In this document: piece after piece, positions 22,417 through 35,777 of the stretch | How the letters are laid out: each line of letters begins with the position of its first letter | How positions within the stretch are numbered: the stretch's first letter is position 1 | Origin: Pelomyxa schiedti | Lineage: Eukaryota > Protista > Evosea | Assembly (NCBI GenBank): GCA_020536535.1 | Contig: JAHLWZ010000802.1 | Location: forward strand, 62,001 to 126,000 | Length of the DNA stretch: 64,000 nucleotides | Direction: 5' to 3' | The notes under the pieces: model-generated | What the model saw: only the letters and a program-made list of their open reading frames with translations | The model's database searches: none | What the model was told of the DNA's origin: nothing | Program-made: the position numbers and the translations under genes

Positions 22417-23811
22417 ATGGACGGTAAGAAGAAGGCCAAGAAGAAGACAAGCAGCGACGACGACACGAGAGTGCACGTGAGGGTGAGGGTTACGTCGACG
22501 CCGTCGTCCACGTCCTCGCACTCCTCGCGCTCCCACACGCACGCGGCCCCCCCGGCGGCAACAGCAACCACGCCGGCGGCGGCGGCGGCGACGACTACGG
22601 CTACGACAGCGGCGGTGGCAGACACCGGGCAGCAGGAAGGGGCGTCGGCGTCGGCGCGAGGCGGCGCCACAACGGGGGCAGCACCGCCCAGCCGCAGCAA
22701 GAACACCCTGCTGAGCCTCATTTTACACACGCGGCGGCACGCGGACGGGGTGGCGGAGGACGGGGACGGGCACGGGGGGGCCCAGCGCCCGGACCACGAG
22801 CACGACCACAGCCACACGCACACGCACGAGGAGGGGGGGGCAGCGGCGCCGGCCCCCCGTGGCGCCGGGGCAGAAGCGGGGAGGGGGAGGGGGAGGGGCG
22901 CGGCGAGGGACAGGGGGGGCGGCCACGGCCACGGTCACGGCCGCGCACGTGAGCACGAGCACGAGCACCAGCGCCGGCACGGGCACTCACACGGCCACGG
23001 GCACGGGCATGGGCACGGGCACGGAGGCACTGCTCCAGCAGCAAAGACTAAAGGCAAGAGCAAGGGGATGAGGGACGAGTCCTCCGATGACGATTCCGAC
23101 ATGAGCTTGTCTAGTTTGAGTGACTTCGACAGCTGGAGTAGCAGTAGCAGTAGTAGCGGTAGCAGTAGTAGCTCCAGCAGCAAGAAGAAAGGAAAGAAGC
23201 ATAAGGGAAAGCACAAGCACAAAAGCAGTAGCAGCAGTGACAGCAGTAGCGGAAGCAGCAGTTCAAGCAGTAAGAAGAAAAAAAAGGGCAAGAAAGAAAA
23301 GATGTTGAGCAGTAGCTCAAGTTCCAGTAGTAAGAAGAAAAAGAAAGAAGGGAAAAAGCACACTGGACCACCAACAAAAACACCCACCACCAAGCCAGCC
23401 ACAACAACCAAGTCTGACACCACTCCCCCTGTTAAAAAGCACACCAGTACTAAACCCCACAATGCCGAACCACAACCACCCACACAGTCTCAGCAGGACA
23501 TTGCTCCCTCACCGGTCCCAAGACCCTCAACCACAAGTCCCAGTGTTTCAGCCCCGGTAACACCTCCACTGGCTTCTGCTGTCTCGACGGTTTCTGCTGC
23601 TGCTACTACCACTACCACCAGTAGTAGTACAGAAATGGCCGTGGATGAGACGGCATTGTGCTCTGTGTGCCTGGCTTCTCCAAAGACTCACGCTCTCGTT
23701 CCTTGTGGTCACTTGTGCCTGTGCAAAGATTGTGCTCAAAATGAAGCCATGCGAAAGACATGCCCACTGTGTAGAAAGCCTGTGCTCCAAGTTGTTCACA
23801 TTTTCTCTTGA
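22417..23811 (+). CDS. C-terminal RING-HC (C3HC4) E3 ligase-like protein with His-, Ser- and Lys-rich low-complexity N-terminus
   Basis: Single ORF ending in CSVC..LVPCGHLCLCKDC..CPLCRKPV. Confidence 0.88.
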   Translation: MDGKKKAKKKTSSDDDTRVHVRVRVTSTPSSTSSHSSRSHTHAAPPAATATTPAAAAATTTATTAAVADTGQQEGASASARGGATTGAAPPSRSKNTLLSLILHTRRHADGVAEDGDGHGGAQRPDHEHDHSHTHTHEEGGAAAPAPRGAGAEAGRGRGRGAARDRGGGHGHGHGRAREHEHEHQRRHGHSHGHGHGHGHGHGGTAPAAKTKGKSKGMRDESSDDDSDMSLSSLSDFDSWSSSSSSSGSSSSSSSKKKGKKHKGKHKHKSSSSSDSSSGSSSSSSKKKKKGKKEKMLSSSSSSSSKKKKKEGKKHTGPPTKTPTTKPATTTKSDTTPPVKKHTSTKPHNAEPQPPTQSQQDIAPSPVPRPSTTSPSVSAPVTPPLASAVSTVSAAATTTTTSSSTEMAVDETALCSVCLASPKTHALVPCGHLCLCKDCAQNEAMRKTCPLCRKPVLQVVHIFS

Positions 23812-24189
23812 TTGAACTGTGGCGGTTTGAATCGACGAAGCCAATTTCCTCCTGTACCCAGCATTCAAAGAATATCGCGTTTCTACGTCCAGTCCTACCC
23901 TCTTGTTATACGCCACGGTGTCCCGACTCTCATCGCCCAGACCGCGGACGAGTTGGGAGAAAGAATAAAGTAATCAACAGACCAGAACGCCAGGGTTCCC
24001 TTTCCCTCCCAGAAGACCATTTTCTCGGAAACCCGATTATTGGTGCTGCAGCGATGGGTGTGGTTCTTGGCAAGAATGAGGCAAAAGTTTGTTTTTTTGT
24101 TTAAAACGGTCTCAGAGAAAAATTGCGAAGGAGGTAGCTAATAAAGGCAATAGTCATCTGGGTGTTGTAAGTGGCTTGTGGGAGGGGTG

Positions 24190-26590
24190 TTACCGGGGCT
24201 TACACAGAAAATTCCGGAACTACAAAGTAACACTTGTGAAAGAGGTTCTGAGTACCTGGCAAGCATTGCAAAGGCAATAATAGACATCAAAATGAAAACC
24301 CAAATGTCCTGAATAAATTCGGGAGTTTAATACATGGTCATTTGTAGGTGAGGATAACCATACCAGCCATAAAAGCAAAGGAAATAAAAGGTAGGCAGCA
24401 ACTATGCCAAAAGCAGCAACGCACATACCACAGAGACCAATGTAGAACCTTTAGAAAAGATTTTGTGCAGTCATGGAAGAGGAGCAATAGGAGTCTACCC
24501 TGCTACGTCTCCTAGAGTCATCAGGAACAGTGACACTGTTAGTATGCACACACAAATCCCTATCTGCACCCAGGCAAATATGTCAACTGGGGGAGAGAGT
24601 GGGCTCTGATTGCACTTTGCTTTTGTAACTGGCTTTCGTTTGAAAGGATTTAAGGTGTGCTTGTTGAAATTAGAAGAGGAGGACGAGTGCATAAGCATCA
24701 GGGCTTCGGAATCAGCGGACTTAATATGTTAGTTTCTCTAAGAAACACAGAGAGTAAAGATACAGACAGAATTTCTAGAAACATCATAAAAATTATCATT
24801 CATGAGTTTGGCATTGGAATCGATGTCTTTTTCCAGTATTGCTATGTCACTGCAAGGAAAGTTTAGATAGGTAACAATTGTTTCCGTACTTTTGCAATTC
24901 ATCGCGAACTTGAACAATCACCGTTGCAGGTATGCGGTGATGTTTACCAGCATGATCAACAGCATTAGTTAATCGATCCACGTGGTTTGAAAGACTACAA
25001 AATTTAGGGTGACGACGAAAAAAAAACCGTAGTGCGTACTTCCGTTTGATGGCTTCCATATCCTGAAAAAGAGCTTAGGGTAAAACCTTGGAATTATGTA
25101 AATTTTAGTAAGTAAAATACATCATGTATCCTAGCGTTTCGGCGCTCTAGTTTGTGGACCCGACTCTGTTTGTGGATTAAAGTCTGAAAGTACAAGAACA
25201 ATACAAAAAAGTAATAATCAAGTGAATACTTGAAGATCGACAGGAGACTTCGACTCGATTGAAGACTGAGTTTTTCGTGATATTGAGTCAGGAGTATGCC
25301 TCCTCTCCCAAACAGATAACGTGTTATCACAGGAACCAGTAATTATACGCTGGTCATCTGGAGTTGCACAGCAGCATAAAACCTACGGTAAGGTAAGAGA
25401 AGTCACTCGAAAATGAGCTAACTGGGCCTCTGTGGCCAGATAATGTTACAAGAAGCTCCCCATTTGATGGTCTCCATACACATACAGCTTGGTCAGTAGA
25501 GCCCGAAATAACTAAGGAGCCACCATGGCTGTAACAACAGCATACAACCTAATTTGTCCTTGTGTTGTCTTAAAAAAAAAACCGCGCCACATACTCCTTC
25601 ACTATGGCCAACAAATTTTCGTACTAGAGAACCATCCACCAGATTCCATAAGCACAAAGTCTTGTCTTCTGAAGAAGTTACTACAGTTTTTCCATCAGGA
25701 GAAACAGTGCAACACATGACCTTGGAAGTAGTGGTACACTAAGAGTATAAAAAGTGGACAAAGTACCTCTGCTGTGTGACCCTCCAGTGTTTTGGCTTCC
25801 CCAGTGGATAGATTCCAGACTTTGACAGTTTTGTCTTTTGAAGTTGAAATCACATGTGAGTCGTCTGGGGTTGTGCAACACCAGAAAACCTTTTTTTATT
25901 TTAAGGAATATGACAACTGCTTATCCATTTGTATCTTACAAATGGTGATTACACAAACACACCCAATCAGTGTGCCCCATCAATTTTGTTATCAGTGCGC
26001 CATCCAGTGCATTCCACACACAAACTGTTGAATCGTCACTAGATGATAATATTCTACTACCATCGTGAGTTGTGCAGCAGCACCCAACCTGAAAAGAGGT
26101 GAGAGTTGAAGGGTACAAACCCAGAGGTAACATAATAATGAGTAATACCCTATCTGAGTGCCCACGAAGAATCAGCAGAGTATTTCCTGTTGCCACATCC
26201 CATGTTCTTAGTGTGTTATCCCACGAAGCGGACACAACAGTCCTTCCATCTGGGAAAACACAACAGCCACTAACCTGGGTTCCCAAAATATGAGAATATT
26301 AATACAAAAAGGGGCATAAATACAGGATCAGTGTGCCCTTTTAGTGTCATCAAACAGGTGCCATCCAACAGTCTCCATATTTTGAGAGAGTGGTCCCAAG
26401 AACCAGACACCACCCTACTACAATCAGGAAACACTGCACAGCAATTCACCTGAACATATAAGGATAGGGAAGTGGTAGGGGAAAGTGGGAAACAAATTAA
26501 AAAAGCAAAAAGAGATAAAGCACAGACAGGTTTAGTGTGGCCAGATAACACTAATCCCCGGTGCAATTGCCTCACTGCGAACTCCGCCAT
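24190..26590 (-). CDS. WD40-repeat protein with C-terminal transmembrane helices (multi-exon)
   Basis: Repeated GH..V.CC...PDG..VVS.S.D.TL..W units (25300-26560); hydrophobic segments IFAWVQIGICVCILTVSLFLMTL and CVAAFGIVAAYLLFPLLLWLVWL. Confidence 0.8.
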
Positions 26591-26892
26591 GGCAATAGAT
26601 CACTATCGATCGAACACAACAATTCGAATTCGTAAAAATCAGACGAAAACCCGTGAAAAGAAAACGGTGGAAAATCTCTGCCTTGAGGTGAATCTCTGAG
26701 GCTGGTCTGCACGAAAGAACGCTCCCAATCCTGATCCTGATGCTTTATTGAGGCACTGCACAACCACCAAGTACCAACTTCGGAATGGCCTTAGATGTAA
26801 AACGAAAAAAAAAATTGCGAAATTAACTGCAGGGCTCCGATGAGTTCTGGCGATCCGCGGCCTGGTGTGTAGTTTTCCTTGTGGAAGTTTTT

Positions 26893-29800
26893 ATGGGAGG
26901 TTACTCCCTTCGTTGCGGACGCAAAAACAAATCAACTTTTCACTCAGAGAAGCAAGCCTTTCCTCAGACAGCCGCGAGCGTCCCATCATCGTTTTACGGT
27001 CGCTATTGCGACCCGCGAGGTACACGCTACCCTCCTGTAACAGTTTTTCTCGACCGTCCAACTACAATATGCCCGCCTCCTCCCATAACTCTCCCCGGCT
27101 TCAACGATGCCCTGCGGTTCTTAGACCCCGTGCCTCCCTCTACAAATGCCGGCCACACCCAAAACCAACACAATCACGAATCGTGCTTCTCTGCACCTCA
27201 CCAGCCCGAAATTATTTGTCCGGCAATTACTGCTTGTGCTACTGAATCTCGGAATGAGATTGGAATGGAACCTGAGACTGTGACTGTGATTGTGACTGGC
27301 ACTGGCACTGAGACTGAGACTGAGACTAAAGCACCCGTAGAGACTTCTACGAATACTGAACCAGAACAGTCCAGATTGTGTGATGACGTTTCTGCTGTGG
27401 AAGTTGGCTCCAGTAGAATTGCTGGGAATGTGGCTGGATTTGGCGATTGTGGGACTGGAGATTGCAGCATTCCAATGGCACCTAACATTGTTGTGAGGCC
27501 AGGACATGCAAGAACAAGGTGGATTTATGGTCACCATAAGGATGACGATGATTCTGTGCCAACCTACCCAATTAAGAATTGTAGGACTTCTCATGAAAAG
27601 TCTTGTATATGTGAGAGACCATTCCATCAATATGACTGGATGATCGAGTGTGACAAATGTGACAAATGGTGCAAGACTATACTTGACTGGAGGGGTGTGA
27701 GTGAAGCCAAATAAACTCAAATGTGCTCCAGGTTTCACGGTTATTGTATGAATGTGGAAAAAGGCTATCTTGATAGGCCTGGGTTCAAAACTTCCTTCAT
27801 TTGTCCCGAATGTAGTTCTGTCAAGAGAAGCGAGATTCGCTACACTTTTGGTAACTTTTGCCCAAAATCGATGTTTGTAATAGACGCCAATAGAGTGCAT
27901 CGAATTGAAAAAGACATTTGCACCGCATCTGGAGATTGGCTACTTTTTAGTACCTGACTCCATTGACCAGTCCCCTTCTTTTCTAGATTCTGCAGTAGAG
28001 AGATTACCTCCAACAAACTTTTAAACTCGTTTAGGTGTGTGACTGTGGAGGTCGTGATGACGGAAATGAATTAGTGGTCTGCTATGGGTATGTAGTAGGA
28101 TGTCCTCTGTCCTTGTGCTAACATATTTAAGATGTAAGCAATGGTTTCATCCGCACTGCGTGTCATGTGCGGCTTTGGATGCCCTTCTTTCCGGAGACAG
28201 TGCAAGGCACTCAGAAAAATCTCTGGCGTTTTGTTGTTCTCGTTGTTCGCTAAGTCAGGAACCTGTTCTTCTACCTTCTCGTTTTAATCACTTTTCAGCA
28301 TCTCAAAGTGAGCTCTGTCACGCAAGGGATATTACATCGAGAAAATCTTCAAGCTCAAGAAATGTTGTTGTGAAAGCCTGTCTTTCGAATGTATATATTA
28401 ACTGTATAATGTCTTTTGACATGCAATAGAAAGTAACACCAGAAAGTGACAGTTCCGGCAGCTTACCCTGCCTCCCATTACGACCGGTTTCTGTTGTTAA
28501 TGCTCTCTTCTCACAGCAGTTTACTGGGAAGCGGGCTAGGATGACAACCTGCCGTGTTTCAAAGACTTTGAGGTGGGATAACTTCACACCGTATGCCTTC
28601 TATGACATGTCCAGGATTCTCTGCCCAGATGCAAATGAAGTAGAGTACATTTCTTCGTAATTTGCATAATGCATTAACATTTAAACCAGGTGCCACGAGC
28701 TGTAAGGTTCAGACCACAAAGTAGGATACTCGCCATTGGTACAAACGCCGGCACTATTGTATTGACGAATGTACAAGAATGTCCAAGGCCAAATTTAACA
28801 TGCGATCCCCATTGCATATTAACACCTGAAACTCCGGAGTGCCAGTCAATTAGGTTATCCATTGATGTTGTATTTGTAAAATTTAATGGAGCAGAGGTTT
28901 TTCACCCGAGATAGGCTGTCTTGAGTGGACTAGTGACAAGATGGGCTTAATATGTAGTAGTTTGAGGGATTCTACTGTGCAGGTCGTCTTTCTTTTGTTA
29001 AGCCTCTCTTTTACTGGCTCAGATTATTGATCCTAGTGCATCACTTGTTACTGGATTTTACAGTGGGCATTCAGCCTTCGTGAGGTACCAAAGTGTCCAA
29101 TATTGCTTCATTGACCAATTATAAAGGATGGTCCATACACATGCATTACATCCATTTTGTGTGTTGAGCTCTAGTTTTGACAAATCTATTCACTGCTGGG
29201 ATTTCCGTACCAGAGCCGTTCACTCACCCTCCTCTGTCAGTGTTTGGGATTCTGACGGTTCACATTCTTCACAAGTGATTACTATTTGCACCGAATATTA
29301 AAGAGGGAGAGGGTTGCGACTCGCAGTCTAATTTTAAACATAGTGTGCTTTTAAATGCATTGGGCACAAAGGAGGAGTTGTTGGAGCGCATTTCGTTAAT
29401 GGCAATGAAATATATATAGTCTCAGCATCCACAGATGCGACTGTGAGGTTATGGGACTCGCGAAATACCTCAGAACACATTAGTTTGATTGACCTTGGCT
29501 CAAAGTAGTACTTCCTCATTATTCAGCTGTCTTATTCATACCTTCTAATCTTTAGGGTATTGTCATTCGATCAGAGTGTAGATGGAAGTCAAATAGCCTT
29601 GGACAGTCTCCCTGGACAGGTCACGGTACTAGAAATGGAGACACTTTTGCATAGCAAGTCAAATACCGTTTTTCCTATTGCTGTATGTACTGTTATAATG
29701 AGTGACCTTTAAATATTAAACTGGGTCACAGACTCTCCGAGGACACATGAACTCTAAATGGGGAATGGGCCACGTAGTGTATTCCAACGATGGTTCATTA

Positions 29801-31632
29801 GCAGTTTCATCAGAATGTGGAGGAGCTTACATGTGGGATATACCATCAATGAAGCATTCCATATGTCGCATGCACACTTCATGGGTGTGGGATGTGGGAT
29901 GGTCTGATTACGGTGATTTGGCAACTTGCTCAGAGGATAGAGCTGTGGTTGTATCCAATTATTCTGGGTATCTTCCAAAACAGAAATGAGGTAGAATTCA
30001 ATGCATCTAGGACAACAAAGGGTGAATCGAAGCGTGGTGTTGGATCTCATGTCTTAGCCCGATGGGGGGATGGGAAATACTACCACGCCAAAGTAAGGGC
30101 CGAGAACAAAGATAGAACATCACGTGAGGAGCAACCTGCTTTTGTGTAACTCACATTACATCAGGCATCACTTTCCCATTATGGACGGGACCAGATAGTG
30201 AAGCTCAGTATGTAAGCTATATGCTTTACAGGGAGGAGACTATGCCATGTTTTAAACGGCGATCATGCTTAAAGGGTCATTCCCTTGTCCAAGTAGTGCT
30301 CATCAAATTGGATCGGCTTTAACACTCGGGATTTAGGTCGAACCCTATTTACAAGCCTCATTTTTTCAGCCAAGAGAACGCCTGAAAAGTGCCACTCTTG
30401 AAATTCCTGCCTCGGACGATACTTGCCATCAATCCCCCGTGCCATTCAATGAGCCCCCTTCACAGAGGAGGTGCTACCAACGTCCAACAGCAGAGTCAAC
30501 AACACCTGTAAATAAGTGTTCAAGATATAATACTCGCAACAATCCCACACCAGCCAACCACCACACCGCTCGCAAGATAAAGTCAGCACCACACCTCAAG
30601 AAGTACCTGCTCCGGAATTGTAGAAAGAGAAGATTGAACACAAGCCTGTCAGCATTGTCAGACACAAGCTCCCCCGCACCATACGAGTCCCCACCCTCTC
30701 CTCTATCCCATTCACTGCCGTCCATACTGCTCTCACCGGTATCCCCATCCACAACCTCCTCAACACTTTCGTATTCATTCCCTTGTCCCATACTAGACTC
30801 ACCACAGTCCTCACTCAACTCTTCAACTGATGAATGGGAGAGCAGAAGACGCTCTCTCAGTCCTCATTACAGAACAGCCAGGCACAGAACACTCCCTCAC
30901 ACCACCGACCAGCAACAAGCCAGCGAATTCTACCTACCCCCGTTGCAGATTCCTGAGGATACAGAAATCGACCCAAGAGACCAAAACGGCCCAACACCAC
31001 AAAACCCGGACCCACCAACAAGCCCCGCAACTGTAACATACAATACAACCACCCCTACCGCCAACACAAACAACAGCAATGAATTCCAAGCCTCTGAAGA
31101 ATACCTCAGCCCATCACCCCCTCACAACACTGACAGCTCCGCTGGTGGTGCTGACTACGATGATGACTTTGCTGATGTTAATGTGGATAGCAGCACTGAT
31201 GATACTGAAGCTCACAGCAACAGCACAACCACAACTACAATCACAATCACCCTCACACAACAACCACAACAAGAACAACATCAATTCGCGGAACCTGAGC
31301 CGCCCCCACTCTCGCCCAATGGCGCCTCGCGTTCCCCCTCCCCTTCGCTCCCACAATCACGCTCACCGTTACCGTTACCGTCGCCATCACCATCACCCCC
31401 GCAACCATCAGACTCTGAGGTTGATGTTCATGTGGAACTACTTCCTGTCACAGCCGGAATTCCAAAGCACCAACCACATCGACGAAAAGTACCAGTACAT
31501 CAAGAGCAGCAAATGAACGGAACCCGTGTTCACACATCACCCAGCAACGGAACACCGAAAGAGAACCTACCCAGTCCAACTGCCAAAACAAGGAAGCACT
31601 ACAACCTTAGGAGGAAAAGCCATCGAACCTAA
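26893..31632 (+). CDS. Chromatin reader-like protein with two PHD fingers, WD40 repeats, a Tudor-like domain and a disordered tail (multi-exon)
   Basis: PHD1 CICERP..WMIECDKCDKWFHGYC..FICPEC; PHD2 CDCGGRDDGNELVVC..CKQWFHPHCV..FCCSRC; WD repeats (GHKGGVVG..SASTDATVRLWD, HTSWVWDVGWS..ATCSEDR); Tudor VLARWGDGKYYHAKV. Confidence 0.8.
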
Positions 31633-31938
31633 AAATGTAGAGAAAAAGATTCCAAGACGTAGGAAGCAACAACAAAACGTGTGAATTGTCAAATTCCCCA
31701 CTTTTTCGGAAGGGAAGAGAGCTTCGCGACCCTGCCTAATTTTATCTCCTGTTTTGCCAGAATACATCACGTTACCAAAACGAAAAGTAAATCAAATTAG
31801 TACATCTAGTGAGCGTTAAGTAATTGAGCTGTGTGTCATGTCGCACCGTGACACAGAGCAGGTACTGCACGGTCACATTGTAGTATTCGTTGTCACTCTG
31901 CGCGACTTGCTCTTTTTTTTTTTTTCTTGTATTTGGCT

Positions 31939-33414
31939 ATGATCAAAAGCGCTGATGTTTTTTTAACCGACGTTCCTCGTGCGCGTGATTACATTTTCTA
32001 ACACCTTTTTTTTTTTTTTTCCCCTTTGCAAGACGGGCGATAATAAAGTAGAGAGTCCGACTCCCACTAATAACACACCACCCGTTCCAGTACCTTCCTC
32101 TGCTGCCTCCATTCACAATCAAATTCAACTCCTCCAAGCCCTGATAGAACTAAACCAACTGCAACAACAGCACCAACACACAACGCCCCAACAACAACCC
32201 CCACTACTTTCACCTCAGCTTTTACAACTTTTGCAATGCCCACTTCCTTCTGCCCCGTTACCTCTCCAGAATGTATTATTACCACCACCAGGGCTCCAGC
32301 CGCCCTTGGAGGACAAAAACACACCAAGGCAAGACTCTCCGCAACAGTTTTCACCTTTGCAGTCTTTACTGCAGCAAACTCAGTTTCCAACTTTTCCGCC
32401 AATTGAGTCCTTATCCCCATTGAGAAATCCCAAGCAAACACGGCAAGATAAGCCTAGGACATTATGCACACAGTCTACTGCCTCACAACTCTCGCCACCA
32501 ATATCAACGTCCACTAGTTTATCAACACCAGCCAGCAAACCTAGTGATGTTGAAGTGGGTGCAATTAATGGGATTGAAGTTGCTTTGTCATCATACAAGA
32601 TTTTCCGACATAAGAAATTCCAAGTCTCCAACCCTTGTAACTGTAAATTCCACTGTAACACTTGCAACAGATGTTGATCAAGATACCTCCTCAAATAAAA
32701 CAAAAGCTACAACTCTCCTGTGATGATATTCTGATCGCTGGTTTAAATGCAAAGTGTTGCAGAGAAGGAACAGATGAAGGAATGCGTTATTGGCTGTTAA
32801 CAAAACACTGATACAAAGTACAGAGGTTGGATGTTGCATGCAATGCTCGCCCCACAGGAAAGTAATTACCGTTGGAGTTTCAGAAAGAGCACCTTTTCGG
32901 AGCAATGTTACCAGCGTGGTGGATAGCTCACCAATGGAAGTGTTTGCATTTGATGACTGCAAGTCGAACTGTTCCTCTTCCAGGTCTTGCCAGCACCATA
33001 TATCCCAATATTCCAAATAACATCCATCAGAGATCACTTGCATACGTCGCTCACACTCGGTGTGGAAATACTCCCTGGCCAAATTCTACACTCAGCACCA
33101 TTTGTGCTGCAGTCTCGTGCGGTTCAGAGTCCAGCATCAAGTAAGTCCCCGTCCCTATATTAACTACTAGTACTCATTTCGCGTAAACTTTACCGTTGGT
33201 TGTCAATAACGAATACCGTGCAGAAAATAAGAGAGCACCAAAGTCGGAAACTACGGCGGCTGCCACAACACCCCAGAAAAGGAAGACCTCAACACCAGCC
33301 CAACAAACGAAAGGCACAAAGCAACCAAGGACATCACCCACACCACTTTCAGGCTCGTTTACTACCACCCCCACCACCTTCACGCCACCACCCCCAGATC
33401 CGAAAAAAAGTTGA
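31939..33414 (+). CDS. Putative transcription factor: Q/P-rich N-terminus, Cys/His-containing beta-rich core, basic tail (multi-exon)
   Basis: Spliced core KIFRHKKFQMLIKIP..VGCCMQC..VFAFDDCKSNCSSSRDHLH..ILHSAPFVLQSR; NLS-like PQKRK; family assignment is uncertain. Confidence 0.55.
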
Positions 33415-33581
33415 ACTTGTGCAAAAAGAAAAAGCAAACTCAACCCCAGGTGATCACGCAGGGGAGTGCTGCCATTCGCTCTCAACAGTTTTTGTTTTTC
33501 TTCTAAGGTGAGAGAACATTTGACTTTTTCGAGTTTGCCTGATTTCCTGATATCCGGCTTTTTTTTCAATCTAGTCATCAA

Positions 33582-35708
33582 ATGAACTTTGTGGTGTGGC
33601 CCAATACTCTAACCGTTGTCGATGCCGCGGGTGTGCCGAGATCTACGTTTGACTGGAGGCAGACACAAGATCCAGCGCGCACGTCTTTGCCTGTTGGATC
33701 TGTGTTAGTGGGCTGGGACATTGCCGGCTCTGAGAGTGTGGCTAAAGTCATTGTTTTTGCTGTCACACCGCAACGTGATGACAGTTGTGCCACCTCATCC
33801 TCGGACTTCGTAGGTCTTTCGGGTTTTTTCAACGTTTGACCTAAGACTGCCAAGAATTCTGTGCTGGCGCCATTACTAGCAAAAATTGCATTTCCTCTCA
33901 CGCCACTCGGAGTGTGGGGTGGACGCACAAATGCACCTGGGGATGCTCCTCTTACCATGGGTCTACTCCCAGGGTTTCCTCCCTCTGTCATGTAGTGAGC
34001 CTCTTCTTCTGTATTCTGTTGATGAATTCAACTAGTACGCCCAAAGTACCATGGAAGATCATCTTTTATGACATTCCAAGAGGATCCAATCAGTTTGGAT
34101 ATGAAATGAAGCTCAAATATTCCTCTCAGCTACATATTATGACTTGTATCATTGAAAAGGTGCCTCAACTATGTCCAGATTTCAGTTAACCCAAATTAAG
34201 ATTAACTGTAGTCACATCGTTCTTGAGACATTGCAGAATTTGGGTCAGACGTCTAATTTGCATGAAAGCCAGCTATCCTACAGTGGGCATTGTGGTGGTA
34301 GCGATTTGGGTATTTACAATCCCATTCAATGCTTTTTGTATTTAATGGCTGCAGTCAACCATGTATGTAACAGAATAAAGAATTTCCCTCAGCAATCCAG
34401 ATCTATGGGCACATCAGGTTCCCTTCGATTCGCCAAGTATTTGTTTTATTATTTTGGTCCAAACCTCCTAATTATATCCAGGAGAAGGAATGCCTTCCTT
34501 CTTATTGCTATTGACATTTTTATTGGGATGATCTCAGCTGTATTTTTGAGAAATTACATGTAATCCTATCATTTCTGTTGGTGTGACATTGATGCTGAGT
34601 AGAAAAAATGTTCCACTCATACTTAAGGGTCTGGCAGAGGCAGTAGGAAATCTGAAGCATGTTGTACGATGGCTTATGGGATGCCCAGCTGGGTTAAAAA
34701 TGAACAAAAACTTAGATGACTTTTTTGGTGATATATGTTTGTACATGATAACTCTTTGGACACGTATGTGAAGCCTTTCTGAGATTACCATGTAATTTTT
34801 TTTCTTAGATTCATTTTTCCCTAAAACAAAAATAAACTTTTAGGAGCTTTGCAGACAGACATAGCACACAAAATTCTTCACTGCATTCTGGTTTTCTTGT
34901 GCTTCATTGCTCTTAGTGGCCTTTCTTCCCTTTTCTGTGCCATAAGTGATATAATGTTCGTTGGGACAATTCATGTGCATTTATTGTACCATGCCATTTC
35001 TCGGTATGTAGGACGAGTAATATTCCATTTTTGACCTTTATTTAGATTGTTTAATTTGATAAATCATATTTTGACTTCACTGTTCCGCCGGCTTGTAGGG
35101 AAGAAACGGAACCCCCTCAGAAAAAGAATTGATACATGTGTGTTCGAGTTGGACCAGATGTTATTTGGCACGGCGGCATTCTCCATATTAGCACTACTCT
35201 GGCCAACCGTCACAGTTGTTACTCCCTCAACCAGGTTACACTAATTTACGGTTAGGTTTATTTTCTCTTTTTCGCTGGTATGTATTTGATGAGAAATTTC
35301 TGTCAGGTAAAGTGTACCCCACTTGTTGGTTTCAAGATACATTTTCCTAGGGAATCCTATTGCTATGCTCGAACGTACTTATTGAATTCCCTCTCTATCA
35401 CTTAACTTCACGTGCTTTTTGCCCTGGGAGCTTCCCAGGTTAGTTTCCATCACGATTTTGGCCTATCAGTTCAACTTTTTACAGGGGACATGCACCTAGA
35501 AATCCTGTCATTTGCTCATCACCCACACACCGGGAACACATTCTTTATGCTGAAGGTACGCACGATTCCCTACCAAAATGCTTATCCCATATAGAGCACT
35601 CCGGTATCCACGTCCGTAATCCTTCAACCTCTCACCTCCCTCATTTCTGCATACACCCGCAATTCCATTGCCAGACTCAGAAGCACCATGACCGGGGACT
35701 ACCATTAA
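33582..35708 (+). CDS. PIGQ: GPI-GlcNAc transferase subunit Q (PIG-Q/Gpi1), multi-exon
   Basis: N..LLIAIDIFIG, WLMGCPAGLKMNKNLDDFFG, GKKRNPLRKRID....LDQMLFGT..F..L..LWPT are Gpi1 signature segments. Confidence 0.9.
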
Positions 35709-35777
35709 ATAGAACCAGATAGAAAATTTTCTATCCCCGCGTGTAGATCGTAACCAAATTAATCACGGCCAAACGAA

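Noticed and set aside
22338-23483. Long antisense and alternative-frame ORFs over the RING gene (similar ones at 40696-41453 and 46522-47160)
   Set aside because: Shadow ORFs caused by GC-rich low-complexity codons
31828-31925. Hairpin (GCTGTGTGTCA...TGACACAGAGC) followed by a T-run as a Pol III RNA or terminator
   Set aside because: Short imperfect stem; T-runs precede many genes here; no family motif recognised
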